This document shows positions 42,584 through 53,450 of a stretch of DNA of 64,000 nucleotides, one piece after another. Both the position numbers and the translations under genes were made by a program. The notes under the pieces are model-generated. The model did no database searches, had not been told where the DNA came from, and saw only the letters and a list, made by a program, of their open reading frames with translations. Location: assembly GCF_054482595.1 (NCBI RefSeq), contig NZ_CM137008.1. One strand, given 5' to 3'. Every line of letters starts with the position of its first letter. The stretch's first letter is position 1.

Positions 42584-44727
42584 TGGAAATGGCATCAGCG
42601 TTTACTCTTAATGTTCGTCTGGACAACATTGCTATCATCACCATCGACGTACCGGGTGAGAAAATGAATACCCTGAAGGCGGAGTTTGCCTCGCAGGTGC
42701 GCGCCATTATTAAGCAACTCCGTGAAAACAAAGAGTTGCGCGGCGTGGTCTTTATTTCCGCGAAACCAGACAACTTTATCGCCGGAGCTGACATCAACAT
42801 GATCGGCAACTGCAAAACGGCGCAAGAAGCGGAAGCTCTGGCGCGGCAGGGCCAACAGTTGATGGCGGAGATTCATGCTTTGCCCATTCCGGTTATCGCG
42901 GCTATTCATGGCGCTTGCCTGGGTGGTGGGCTGGAGTTGGCGCTGGCGTGCCACGGTCGCGTTTGTACTGACGATCCTAAAACGGTGCTCGGTTTGCCTG
43001 AAGTACAACTTGGATTGTTACCCGGTTCAGGCGGCACCCAGCGTTTACCGCGTCTGATAGGCGTCAGCACAGCATTAGAGATGATCCTCACCGGAAAACA
43101 ACTTCGGGCGAAACAGGCATTAAAGCTGGGGCTGGTGGATGACGTTGTTCCGCACTCCATTCTGCTGGAAGCCGCTGTTGAGCTGGCAAAGCAGGATCAT
43201 CCATCTTCCCGCCCTCTACCTGTACGCGAGCGTATTCTGGCGGGGCCGTTAGGTCGTGCGCTGCTGTTCAAAATGGTCGGCAAGAAAACAGAACACAAAA
43301 CTCAAGGCAATTATCCGGCGACAGAACGCATCCTGGAGGTTGTTGAAACGGGATTAGCGCAGGGCACCAGCAGTGGCTATGACGCTGAAGCACGGGCGTT
43401 TGGCGAACTGGCGATGACGCCACAATCGCAAGCTTTGCGTAGTATCTTTTTTGCCAGTACGGAAGTGAAGAAAGATCCCGGTAGTGATGCGCCGCCTGCG
43501 CCATTAAACAGCGTGGGAATTTTAGGTGGTGGCTTGATGGGCGGCGGTATTGCTTATGTCACTGCTTGTAAAGCGGGGCTTCCGGTCAGAATTAAAGATA
43601 TCAACCCGCAGGGCATAAATCATGCGCTGAAGTACAGTTGGGATCAGCTGGAGGGCAAAGTTCGCCGTCGTCATCTCAAAGCCAGCGAACGTGACAAACA
43701 GCTGGCATTAATCTCCGGAACGACGGACTATCGCGGCTTTGCCCATCGCGATCTGATTATTGAAGCTGTGTTTGAAAATCTCGAATTGAAACAACAGATG
43801 GTGGCGGAAGTTGAGCAAAATTGCGCCGCTCATACCATCTTTGCTTCGAATACGTCATCTTTACCGATTGGTGATATCGCCGCTCACGCCACGCGACCTG
43901 AGCAAGTTATCGGCCTGCATTTCTTCAGTCCGGTGGAAAAAATGCCGCTGGTGGAGATTATTCCTCATGCGGGTACATCAGCGCAAACCATCGCCACTAC
44001 GGTAAAACTGGCGAAAAAACAGGGCAAAACGCCCATTGTCGTGCGTGACAAAGCCGGGTTTTACGTCAATCGCATCTTAGCGCCTTACATTAATGAAGCT
44101 ATCCGCATGCTGACCGAAGGTGAACGGGTAGAGCACATTGATGCCGCGCTAGTGAAATTTGGTTTTCCGGTAGGTCCAATCCAACTTTTGGATGAGGTAG
44201 GAATCGACACCGGGACTAAAATTATTCCTGTACTGGAAGCCGCTTATGGAGAACGTTTTAGCGCGCCTGCAAATGTTGTTTCTTCAATTTTGAACGACGA
44301 TCGCAAAGGCAGAAAAAATGGTCGGGGTTTCTATCTTTATGGTCAGAAAGGGCGTAAAAGCAAAAAACAGGTCGATCCTGCCATTTACCCGCTCATTGGC
44401 GCACAAGGGCAGGGGCGACTCTCCGCACCGCAGGTTGCTGAACGGTGTGTGATGTTGATGCTGAATGAAGCAGTACGTTGTGTTGATGAGCAGGTTATCC
44501 GTAGCGTGCGTGACGGGGATATTGGTGCGGTATTTGGCATTGGTTTTCCGCCATTTCTCGGTGGACCGTTTCGCTATATCGATTCTCTCGGCGCGGGCGA
44601 AGTGGTTGCAATAATGCAACGACTGGCCACGCAGTATGGTTCACGTTTTACCCCTTGCGAGCGTTTAGTCGAGATGGGTGCGCGTGGGGAAAGTTTTTGG
44701 AAAACAACTGCAACTGAACTGCAATAA
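42583..44727 (+). CDS. fadJ: Fatty-acid oxidation complex alpha subunit (enoyl-CoA hydratase / 3-hydroxyacyl-CoA dehydrogenase)
   Basis: 714 aa ORF with crotonase and NAD-binding ([10 protein letters not shown]) domains; start overlaps fadI stop (TAATG). Confidence 0.9.
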
Positions 44728-44929
44728 GAAGGTCAAAGCTATATGAATCCGCGCTGAATGGCGGAGTGTTGGTCAAAATGCAAACGCATATTGACTATAC
44801 TTACGCCATTGAGGTAAAAAACAGCGTTTCATTCGGTGAATGGATAAGGCACAATGCCGGCCACCGTTTTCTTTCTCTGGTTTCAGATGAAAGAAAACGG
44901 GCGAATCTGGTTAACAAAAGCGGTGCAAT

Positions 44930-45415
44930 ATGCAAGTTTTTATCATGCGTCACGGCGACGCAGCCCTCGATGCCGCCAGTGATTCGGTTCGTCCTCTGAC
45001 TACTAATGGTTGTGACGAATCTCGCCTGATGGCGAACTGGCTGAAAGGTCAAAAAGTGGAAATCGAACGCGTTCTGGTGAGCCCGTTCCTGCGAGCCGAG
45101 CAAACACTGGAGGAAGTAGGGGATTGTCTGAACCTGCCTTCCAGTGCAGAAGTTCTGCCGGAGTTAACGCCCTGCGGCGATGTTGGTCTGGTCAGTGCCT
45201 ATTTGCAGGCGTTGACCAATGAAGGTGTTGCTTCGGTGTTGGTTATCTCCCACTTACCGTTAGTTGGGTATCTGGTCGCCGAGTTATGTCCGGGCGAAAC
45301 GCCGCCTATGTTTACCACCTCGGCCATTGCCAGCGTCACGCTTGATGAAAGCGGAAACGGCACATTCAACTGGCAGATGAGCCCGTGTAATTTGAAGATG
45401 GCGAAAGCTATCTGA
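44930..45415 (+). CDS. sixA: Phosphohistidine phosphatase
   Basis: 161 aa ORF with the RHG motif (MQVFIMRHGDA). Confidence 0.9.
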   Translation: MQVFIMRHGDAALDAASDSVRPLTTNGCDESRLMANWLKGQKVEIERVLVSPFLRAEQTLEEVGDCLNLPSSAEVLPELTPCGDVGLVSAYLQALTNEGVASVLVISHLPLVGYLVAELCPGETPPMFTTSAIASVTLDESGNGTFNWQMSPCNLKMAKAI

Positions 45416-45428
45416 TTTGTTTGAAAAA

Positions 45429-45467
45429 ATGCCCGATGTAAGCTGTACATCGGGCATTTGTCTTTTT
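45429..45467. terminator. Rho-independent terminator after sixA
   Basis: atgcccgatgta-agct-gtacatcgggcat stem-loop followed by TTGTCTTTTT. Confidence 0.6.
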
Positions 45468-46058
45468 GCAATAGTATAAATTCACTAAAAACCCTTCACG
45501 GAGTTGGTATGCTGCGATGATGATTTCATCGCACTCTTTCCTCTGCTTCCCTATTAATTTCTGATGAAATGAGACTAAGTTGTAATATATTCTTACAAAT
45601 TATAAAGCTAATGGAACAATTAACAGTAAAAAAGAAATGATATTTTTGTGTCTTGATTTAATATTGTTTGTGATGCTTTAATATTATATCTTCAAAAAAT
45701 ACAATTTCAAAATTAATCTAAGATCGTCTTTTTTGTATACACTTCCCATAAATTTTAATTATGTAAAAGATGTTTTCTAAGCATTTTATTTGTTTTTTAT
45801 AAGTAAACTCTCAAAATTTCACCTTTTTGATTATATGTTAAGTGCTCCTTAATTCACTGTTAAGTAAATATAATTTGAAACAATAAAGACAAAATATCAC
45901 CATCCGCCCACACCAAAGAATATCTTCTTATGCGACCTATTTTCTTGTTAGTTAGATCGGATAGCTTATTCAATGGCTGGGTATAAATAATTGCTATTGA
46001 CTGAATCAATGTATTGCAATGTTTATATTTTTAATTATTTATGGTTTAAGGACAAATA

Positions 46059-46622
46059 ATGAGTAAGTTTGTAAAAACAGCTATTGCTGCAACAATGGTA
46101 ATGGGTGCGTTCGCTTCTACTTCAACAATCGCCGCTGGCAACAACGGTACAGCTCGTTTTTACGGCACCATTGAAGATTCCCCGTGCTCCATCGTTCCTG
46201 ATGATCACAAACTGGAAGTGGATATGGGTGACATTGGTTCAGGGATCCTGAAAAACAACGGGACTTCTACACCGAAAGCTTTCCAGATCCATCTGCAAGA
46301 TTGTGTGTTTGACACCCAGACAACGATGACCACTACCTTCACGGGTAACGCGTCTTCTACCAACAGCGGCAATTACTACACCATTTACAATACCGATACC
46401 GGTGCGGCATTTAACAATGTCAGCCTGGCCATTGGTGACGCTCAGGGGACCTCTTACAAAAGCGGCGCGGGTATCGACCAGAAAATCGTAAAAGATACGG
46501 CGACCAACAAAGGCAAAGCGAAGCAGACGCTGGACTTTAAAGCCTGGCTGGTGGGCGCTGCTGATGCGCCAGATTTAGGTAATTTTGAAGCCAACACGAC
46601 CTTCCAGATTACTTATCTCTAA
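46059..46622 (+). CDS. yfcV: Fimbrial major subunit (chaperone-usher pilus)
   Basis: 187 aa ORF with signal peptide and C-terminal fimbrial beta-strand (TFQITYL). Confidence 0.85.
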   Translation: MSKFVKTAIAATMVMGAFASTSTIAAGNNGTARFYGTIEDSPCSIVPDDHKLEVDMGDIGSGILKNNGTSTPKAFQIHLQDCVFDTQTTMTTTFTGNASSTNSGNYYTIYNTDTGAAFNNVSLAIGDAQGTSYKSGAGIDQKIVKDTATNKGKAKQTLDFKAWLVGAADAPDLGNFEANTTFQITYL

Positions 46623-46628
46623 GTGATA

Positions 46629-46658
46629 CCCCCATAGCTTTCGGGCTATGGGGTTTTT
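46629..46658. terminator. Intra-operon hairpin between yfcV and the usher gene
   Basis: ccccatagc-tttcg-ggctatgggg followed by TTTTT; a pilin/usher attenuator arrangement typical of fimbrial operons. Confidence 0.55.
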
Positions 46659-46691
46659 AAATGGAATTCGCGCAAATTATAATAATTACGG

Positions 46692-49343
46692 ATGGATACG
46701 TGTATGCCTGACCATTCTCTTTTCCGACTGCGGGTGCTTCCCTGCTGCATTGCGCTGGCAATGTCAGGGTGTTATGTCAATGCCTGGGCTGAAGATGAAA
46801 TTCAGTTTGATTCCCGTTTTCTGGAGTTAAAAGGCGACACAAAAATCGATCTGAAGCGATTTTCCAGCCAGGGATATGTCGAACCTGGTAAATACAATTT
46901 ACAGGTTCAACTAAATAAACAGCCGCTGGCGGAAGAATACGATATTTACTGGTACGCCTCTGAGAACGATGCCAGTAAAACCTATGCCTGCCTGACGCCT
47001 GAACTGGTCGCGCAGTTTGGCTTAAAAGAGGATGTGGCAAAAAACCTGCAATGGATCCACGACTGCAAATGCCTGAAACCCGGTCAACTGGAAGGCATTG
47101 ATATTAAAGCTGACCTGAGTCAGTCAGCGTTAGTCATTTCATTACCCCAGGCTTACCTTGAATATACCGACATCAACTGGGATCCACCTTCACGCTGGGA
47201 TGACGGTATTTCTGGTTTAATTGCTGACTACAGTATTACCGCCCAGACACGACATGAAGAAAATGGCGGGGATGACAGCAATGAAATCAGCGGCAACGGA
47301 ACGGTTGGGGTTAACCTCGGCGCATGGCGTCTGCGAGCCGACTGGCAGACTGACTACCAGCACAGCAAAAGCAATGATGACGATGTTATCAACGGTGATG
47401 ACACGCAAAAAAACTGGGAGTGGAGCCGCTACTACGCCTGGCGGGCCTTACCGTCGCTAAAAGCCAAACTTGGCCTTGGCGAAGACTACCTTAATTCTGA
47501 TATTTTCGACGGCTTTAACTACGTGGGTGGCAGTATCAGCACCGACGATCAAATGTTGCCGCCGAATCTGCGCGGCTATGCGCCGGATATCTCCGGCGTG
47601 GCGCACACCACCGCGAAAGTGACCGTCAGCCAGATGGGCCGCGTGATTTACGAAACGCAGGTTCCGGCGGGGCCGTTCCGCATCCAGGATCTTGGCGATT
47701 CTGTCTCCGGTACACTGCACATCCGCATTGAAGAACAGAACGGCCAGGTGCAGGAATATGACATCAACACCGCCTCGATGCCGTTCCTGACCCGCCCCGG
47801 CCAGGTGCGCTATAAGCTGATGATGGGCCGCCCGCAGGAGTGGGGGCATCATGTTGAGGGCGGTTTCTTCTCCGGCGGCGAAGCTTCATGGGGGATTGCC
47901 AACGGCTGGTCGCTGTACGGCGGGGCGCTGGCAGATGAACACTATCAGTCGGCGGCGCTTGGCGTCGGTCGCGACCTGTCTGTCTTTGGCGCAGTCGCCT
48001 TTGATATCACCCACTCGCATACCCGCCTGGATAAAGAGACCGCCTACGGTAAAGGTTCACTGGACGGTAACTCGTTTCGCGTGAGCTATTCCAAAGACTT
48101 CGATGAACTGAACAGCCGCGTCACTTTTGCCGGATACCGCTTCTCGGAAGAGAACTTCATGACCATGAGCGAGTATCTCGATGCCAGCGACAGCGAAATG
48201 GTGCGCACCGGCAACGACAAAGAGATGTACACCGCAACCTATAACCAGAACTTCAGGGATGCCGGTGTGTCTGTTTATCTCAACTACACCCGCCATACCT
48301 ACTGGGATCGCGACGAACAGACCAACTACAACGTCATGCTCTCGCACTACTTCAACCTGGGCAGTATCCGCAATATGAGCATTTCCATGACCGGATACCG
48401 CTACGAGTATGATAACCAGGCCGATAAAGGTGTGTACATATCGCTCAGTATGCCGTGGGGTGACAGCAGCACCATCAGCTATAACGGCAACTACGGCAGC
48501 GGTTCGGACAGCAGCCAGGTGGGGTATTTCAGCCGTGTCGATGACGCAACTCACTACCAGCTGAACGTGGGGACCAGTGACAAACACTCCAGCGTTGACG
48601 GCTATTACAGCCACGATGGCTCGCTGGCGCAGGTGGACCTCAGCGCCAACTACCATGAAGGACAGTACACCTCGGCAGGTATTTCCTTACAGGGCGGCGC
48701 GACGCTGACCGCGCAGGGTGGCGCGCTCCACCGTACCCAGAATATGGGCGGTACGCGCCTGCTGATTGATGCCGATGGCGTGGCTGGTGTTCCGGTGGAA
48801 GGAAATGGCGCGGCGGTTTACACCAATATGTTCGGTAAGACCGTGGTGGCAGACGTCAACAACTACTACCGCAATCAGGCCTATATCGACCTTAACAACC
48901 TGCCGGAAAACGCCGAAGCCACCCAGTCCGTGGTGCAGGCGACGCTTACCGAAGGAGCCATTGGCTACCGTAAGTTTTCGGTTATCAGCGGGCAAAAAGC
49001 GATGGCGGTATTGCGCCTGCAAGATGGCAGTCATCCGCCGTTTGGCGCGGAAGTGAAAAATGACAACGCGCAGAACGTCGGTCTGGTTGATGATGACGGC
49101 AACGTCTACCTCGCGGGTGTCAAACCTGGCGAGCATATGATCGTTTCATGGGGCGGTGTGGCCCACTGTGATATTCATCTGCCGGACCCACTGCCAGCCG
49201 ATCTGTTCAATGGCCTGTTACTACCATGTCAACAAACAGGGGCGATATCTCCTTCGATGCCTCATCAAATTAAGCCGGTGATCCAGGAGCAGACCCAGCA
49301 GGTGATGCCAACGGAAGCGCCGGTATCGGTATCCGCCAATTAA
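46692..49343 (+). CDS. yfcU: Fimbrial outer-membrane usher (intact)
   Basis: 883 aa uninterrupted ORF with usher-like features; exact start uncertain (alternative Met at 46704). Confidence 0.85.
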   Translation: MDTCMPDHSLFRLRVLPCCIALAMSGCYVNAWAEDEIQFDSRFLELKGDTKIDLKRFSSQGYVEPGKYNLQVQLNKQPLAEEYDIYWYASENDASKTYACLTPELVAQFGLKEDVAKNLQWIHDCKCLKPGQLEGIDIKADLSQSALVISLPQAYLEYTDINWDPPSRWDDGISGLIADYSITAQTRHEENGGDDSNEISGNGTVGVNLGAWRLRADWQTDYQHSKSNDDDVINGDDTQKNWEWSRYYAWRALPSLKAKLGLGEDYLNSDIFDGFNYVGGSISTDDQMLPPNLRGYAPDISGVAHTTAKVTVSQMGRVIYETQVPAGPFRIQDLGDSVSGTLHIRIEEQNGQVQEYDINTASMPFLTRPGQVRYKLMMGRPQEWGHHVEGGFFSGGEASWGIANGWSLYGGALADEHYQSAALGVGRDLSVFGAVAFDITHSHTRLDKETAYGKGSLDGNSFRVSYSKDFDELNSRVTFAGYRFSEENFMTMSEYLDASDSEMVRTGNDKEMYTATYNQNFRDAGVSVYLNYTRHTYWDRDEQTNYNVMLSHYFNLGSIRNMSISMTGYRYEYDNQADKGVYISLSMPWGDSSTISYNGNYGSGSDSSQVGYFSRVDDATHYQLNVGTSDKHSSVDGYYSHDGSLAQVDLSANYHEGQYTSAGISLQGGATLTAQGGALHRTQNMGGTRLLIDADGVAGVPVEGNGAAVYTNMFGKTVVADVNNYYRNQAYIDLNNLPENAEATQSVVQATLTEGAIGYRKFSVISGQKAMAVLRLQDGSHPPFGAEVKNDNAQNVGLVDDDGNVYLAGVKPGEHMIVSWGGVAHCDIHLPDPLPADLFNGLLLPCQQTGAISPSMPHQIKPVIQEQTQQVMPTEAPVSVSAN

Positions 49344-49365
49344 CAACGTGATTAAGGAATGATCC

Positions 49366-50118
49366 ATGACGAATCTATTTTGCTCTGCCAGAACGGCCGC
49401 AACGACGCTGGCGTTACTGATAACTGCCGCCAGCCTGTCAGCACAGGCCTCTGTCACGCCGGACCGTACACGCCTGATTTTTAACGAAAGTGATAAATCA
49501 ATCAGCGTCACGCTGCGCAATAACGACCCGAAAATGCCGTATCTGGCACAAAGCTGGATGGAAGATGAACAGGGTAACAAGATTAGCTCGCCACTGACGG
49601 TACTGCCGCCGGTGCAGCGCATCGATTCCATGATGAACGGTCAGGTGAAGGTACAGGGCATGCCGGATATCAACAAGCTGCCTGCCGACCGCGAGAGCGT
49701 GTTCTATTTCAACGTGCGTGAGATCCCGCCGAAATCGAACAAACCCAACACGTTACAGATTGCGCTGCAAACGCGCATCAAGCTGTTCTGGCGACCAAAA
49801 GCGCTGGAAAACGTCAGCATGAAAAATCCGTGGCAGCATAAGGTGACCTTAACCCGCAGCGGCCAGGAGTTTACAGTCAATAACCCGACGCCGTACTTCG
49901 TGGTTATCAGTAACGCCAGCGCGCAGAAAAACGGCAATCCGGCAGCGGGATTTTCTCCCATGGTGATATCGCCAAAAACCTCCGTACCGTTAAAGGTCAA
50001 AATGGATAGCGTCCCGGTGCTGACCTACGTCAACGACTATGGCGCACGGATGCCGCTGTATTTTAAATGTGGCGGCGATACCTGCCAGGTGGACGCAGAG
50101 CAGAGCCGCAAAGGCTGA
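49366..50118 (+). CDS. yfcS: Periplasmic fimbrial chaperone (PapD-like)
   Basis: 250 aa ORF with signal peptide and PapD-fold motifs. Confidence 0.85.
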   Translation: MTNLFCSARTAATTLALLITAASLSAQASVTPDRTRLIFNESDKSISVTLRNNDPKMPYLAQSWMEDEQGNKISSPLTVLPPVQRIDSMMNGQVKVQGMPDINKLPADRESVFYFNVREIPPKSNKPNTLQIALQTRIKLFWRPKALENVSMKNPWQHKVTLTRSGQEFTVNNPTPYFVVISNASAQKNGNPAAGFSPMVISPKTSVPLKVKMDSVPVLTYVNDYGARMPLYFKCGGDTCQVDAEQSRKG

Positions 50119-50133
50119 TGCCGGGAGAGCCAT

Positions 50134-50625
50134 ATGAAAATAATTTATCTGGCGGTGTCGGGCATTGCGCTGCTGGCCTGGAATGTCGCCAGTGCAGAAA
50201 CGAAACCCGTCAACCTGGAACTCAGAGTCCTGGTGGATGCGCCGCCGCCCTGTACCGTGACCGGTAGTGCAGTGGAGTTTGGCGATGTGCTGATCGCCAG
50301 TATCGATGGCAACAATTACCGCCAGAACGCGGGCTATACCCTCGACTGTTCGGGGCGTCTGTCAGACGATCTGCGGATGCAACTGAAAGGCACCACCACC
50401 ACCGTGAACGGTGAAACTGTGCTGGATGCAGGCATTGCCGGGTTTGGCATCCGTATCGAAAACGCCGCCGATAACTCCCTTTTTTCCATTGGTGAAAATA
50501 ACTGGACGCCTTTTGCATTTAACTCTCTGCCGCAGCTCAAGGCGGTGCCGGTAAAACAGAACGGCGTACAGCTCGCGCCAGCGGAATTTAACGCCAGTAT
50601 GACCATGGTGGTGGATTACCAATGA
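50134..50625 (+). CDS. yfcR: Fimbrial minor subunit
   Basis: 163 aa ORF with signal peptide and Cys pair; synteny. Confidence 0.75.
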   Translation: MKIIYLAVSGIALLAWNVASAETKPVNLELRVLVDAPPPCTVTGSAVEFGDVLIASIDGNNYRQNAGYTLDCSGRLSDDLRMQLKGTTTTVNGETVLDAGIAGFGIRIENAADNSLFSIGENNWTPFAFNSLPQLKAVPVKQNGVQLAPAEFNASMTMVVDYQ

Positions 50626-51107
50626 AACGACTCGCACTTTTGCTGATTTGTGGTGTATGCGGGGGGGCTCTGGCCTCACCGGATATCACCTTTCACGGTA
50701 CGCTGGTGTCGCCGCCTGCCTGCACTATCAACGAAGGCCAGACTATCGAGCTGGAGTTTCGTGATGTGCTTATCGACAGCATTGATGGCAACTACGCCCG
50801 CCAGGAGGTGCCGTACACCATAAAATGTGACTCCGACGTTCGCAATGAGGCCTGGGAGATGACGCTCACCTGGACGGGCACACAAACCAGCTACAACGAC
50901 GCGGCCATCGAAACCGATGTTCCGGGATTCGGTATTCAGCTTTTGCAGAACGGGCAACGTTTTCAGCTTAATACCCCGCTGACCATCAACGCCACGGATT
51001 TGACACAAAAGCCGAAGCTGGAGGCAGTACCGGTAAAAGCGAGCGGCGCCACATTAAATGACGGCGCATTTTCAGCGTACGCAACATTACGGGTGGATTA
51101 TCAATGA
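50622..51107 (+). CDS. yfcQ: Fimbrial minor subunit
   Basis: 161 aa ORF with signal peptide; 4 bp overlap (ATGA) with yfcR. Confidence 0.75.
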   Translation: MKRLALLLICGVCGGALASPDITFHGTLVSPPACTINEGQTIELEFRDVLIDSIDGNYARQEVPYTIKCDSDVRNEAWEMTLTWTGTQTSYNDAAIETDVPGFGIQLLQNGQRFQLNTPLTINATDLTQKPKLEAVPVKASGATLNDGAFSAYATLRVDYQ

Positions 51108-51628
51108 AAACAAAGACCGAAAGTATGCTCCTGGCAAGCCTGCTGCTCGCCGCCAGCGGAACCACGCTGGCGGCGGACAATCTGCATTTTTACGGCAATT
51201 TGTTAAGTAAATCCTGCACCCTGGTGGTGGATGGCGAACTGCTGGCGGAAGTGCATTTCCCCACTGTCAGCAGTCAGGATTTAATGGTTGCGGGGCAGTC
51301 TTCCAGGGTGCCGGTAGTCTTTAAGCTGAAAGACTGCAAAGGTCCGGCGAATTACCAGGTCAAAATCACCCTGACCGGGACGGAAGACAGCGAACAGCCA
51401 GGATTTCTGGCGCCTGACCCAGCATCGGACGCGCAGGGGATAGGGATTGGCATGGAAAAGTCTGACGGAACTTGGGTGCCGCTTAATGACACAACTGGCG
51501 CGACGTTCAATCTCAGTATCGGCGCGAATAACCTCAATTTTAATGCTTGGTTGCAGGCGAAAAGCGGTCGTGATGTAACCTCCGGTGACTTCACCGCCAG
51601 CCTGACCGCCACTTTTGAGTATATTTAA
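51104..51628 (+). CDS. yfcP: Fimbrial minor subunit
   Basis: 174 aa ORF with signal peptide; 4 bp overlap with yfcQ. Confidence 0.75.
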   Translation: MKTKTESMLLASLLLAASGTTLAADNLHFYGNLLSKSCTLVVDGELLAEVHFPTVSSQDLMVAGQSSRVPVVFKLKDCKGPANYQVKITLTGTEDSEQPGFLAPDPASDAQGIGIGMEKSDGTWVPLNDTTGATFNLSIGANNLNFNAWLQAKSGRDVTSGDFTASLTATFEYI

Positions 51629-51629
51629 G

Positions 51630-52487
51630 ATGAAAATAATACGACGCTTTTTGGGCTTCCTGACACTGCTGTTATTTAGCCTGGGTGCCCACGCCGAGGA
51701 TTTTATGATGTATACCCCGATGGGAGTCCCAGGCCCTTTCATGAAATCTGTATTTATGCTGGAAGTGGTGACCTCAACAGGAGTATATACAGGGGAGTAT
51801 GCGACCAGTGATCCATGGATGCTCACCCTTGGTAATTTGACTCTTGTAAGCTGGAATGGGCCGGCTGGTATACCGGCTCCGACAATTAATCTAGTGAAAA
51901 CATACCAGTTACCGGATTCAACATGCCCCGGCGTTACCAGTGTGCCTTCTACCAGCCCTTACGGTTGGGATTGTTATGAGGCTGATTTGAAAGTTTCAGT
52001 AACGGGCGATGTTCAAGGATGCCCGTGGTTGGTATCAAGCCAGATTACCACTAAAGATACGGGACAAACAGGGGCAACATATACAGGGCCAAAAACTCAT
52101 AATTCTTCCTGCCCGTCAATCCCACTGGCGTCATATGATGTTTCCTGGGATGAGAATATGGTTATTCATAAAAAAACATTAAATCTGAAATCAACAGACG
52201 CCGTAGGGGGAATCATTGAGACAACCCTGTCGACCTATTTAATGGAAAGTCAGAAGCTGTGTGACGGTAGCGATTTTACTGATCCTCGCGGGGCTAATTG
52301 CCGTTTTGTTTCGCAGATGATCACCTTTACAGCATCAGGATGCGATGATGCCAAAGTGACGGTGACGCCGGTTCCGCATCCGATTACCGATAGGCAACTG
52401 CATGATATTATGGTGCGCGTAGATACCAGCGTATTGCAGCCCATTGATTCAACGTGTCGCTTCCAGTATGTGCTGAATATGCTTTAG
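51630..52487 (+). CDS. yfcO: Fimbrial tip/adhesin-like protein
   Basis: ORF 51615..52487 begins at TTG; the ATG at 51630 (MKIIRRFLGFLTLLLFSLGAHA signal peptide) is the more plausible start. Confidence 0.7.
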   Translation: MKIIRRFLGFLTLLLFSLGAHAEDFMMYTPMGVPGPFMKSVFMLEVVTSTGVYTGEYATSDPWMLTLGNLTLVSWNGPAGIPAPTINLVKTYQLPDSTCPGVTSVPSTSPYGWDCYEADLKVSVTGDVQGCPWLVSSQITTKDTGQTGATYTGPKTHNSSCPSIPLASYDVSWDENMVIHKKTLNLKSTDAVGGIIETTLSTYLMESQKLCDGSDFTDPRGANCRFVSQMITFTASGCDDAKVTVTPVPHPITDRQLHDIMVRVDTSVLQPIDSTCRFQYVLNML

Positions 52488-52488
52488 C

Positions 52489-52733
52489 ACGCCGCATCCG
52501 GCAGTTGTGCGCTGATGCCTGATGTGACGCTGGCGCGTCTTATTAGACCTACAATTGAATCTTAAAGTATTGAATTTGCAAGTTTTATTGCTGATGCCTG
52601 ATGCGACGCTGTCGCGTCTTATCAGGCCTACAATTGAATCACAATCTATTGAATTTGCACACTTTGTAGGCCGGATAAGGCGTTCACGCCGCATCCGGCA
52701 TTCGGTGCCAGTGCCACATCCGGCACTTAATAT
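52489..52733. repeat. REP/BIME cluster with internal tandem duplication
   Basis: Repeated GCCTGATGCGACGCTG..CGCGTCTTATCAGGCCTAC and GCCGGATGCGGCGTGAACGCCTTATCCGGCCTAC units between convergent yfcO and smrB. Confidence 0.8.
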
Positions 52734-53285
52734 TCACGGCAATTCCGGCGGCAGCCACTCTTCCACTTCAATCAACACCAGCAACGCCGCATCACCACCG
52801 TACTCTTTCGGCGCCTGGTGAAATGCCATCACATGTGGATGTTGCGCCAGCCACAGCGGCGTTTGCTGTTTCAAAATATGCTTACCATGCCCATGCATCA
52901 CACAGGCACAAAACACATGTTCACGGCGGCAGGCGGCAATCAATGCGCCCAGTTCCTGCTTGGCCTGCAGCTGCGTCAGACCGTGTAAATCCAAAAACAA
53001 TTCCGGCGAATAATCACCGCGTCGCAACTTTTTCGCCTCAAAATGACTCACATCCGGGCGAACATATTTAACCGGACCTTCGGTATTTAATAACGGCTGA
53101 AACTCATCGGAGAAATAATGGCTGGCATCAGCCTGCTCCTGGATCAAGCGTTTCACCGGCACTTCGCTGACTTTTTTACGCTGTGGTCGGTGGACAATCG
53201 TGTCCTGCTTAATCTTGCGAGTCCCCGCCATCAACTGGCGAAACAGAGCCTGGTCCTCCTCGCTAAGTGTTGTTTTCTTTTTCAT
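52734..53285 (-). CDS. smrB: Smr-domain protein (ribosome rescue endonuclease)
   Basis: 183 aa ORF with C-terminal Smr domain (LDLHGLT...VMHGHG). Confidence 0.85.
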   Translation of the reverse strand: MKKKTTLSEEDQALFRQLMAGTRKIKQDTIVHRPQRKKVSEVPVKRLIQEQADASHYFSDEFQPLLNTEGPVKYVRPDVSHFEAKKLRRGDYSPELFLDLHGLTQLQAKQELGALIAACRREHVFCACVMHGHGKHILKQQTPLWLAQHPHVMAFHQAPKEYGGDAALLVLIEVEEWLPPELP

Positions 53286-53450
53286 TTATCTGTCTCTATT
53301 TCTAATTTTCCTACAGTTTACCCGACTCGTAGCACAATCGATCGTTTTAAACGTATTTTTCCTCACTCACCGCGCGTGAATGCTGATTTATCGTCATCTT
53401 CATGGCAAACTAGCCGCCGAAATTATTGCGATCATGCCCTGGAGGAATAC

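Noticed and set aside
45470-46058. Possible small RNA or leader peptide in the AT-rich region upstream of yfcV
   Set aside because: Only trivial 3-4 codon ORFs and no convincing promoter-plus-terminator pair; more parsimoniously an AT-rich, probably H-NS-bound fimbrial promoter region.
53118-53450. N-terminal extension of the prmB ORF that overlaps smrB on the opposite strand
   Set aside because: The extension has no ribosome-binding site, whereas the GTG at 53451 is preceded by GGAGG and yields the expected 310-residue methyltransferase.
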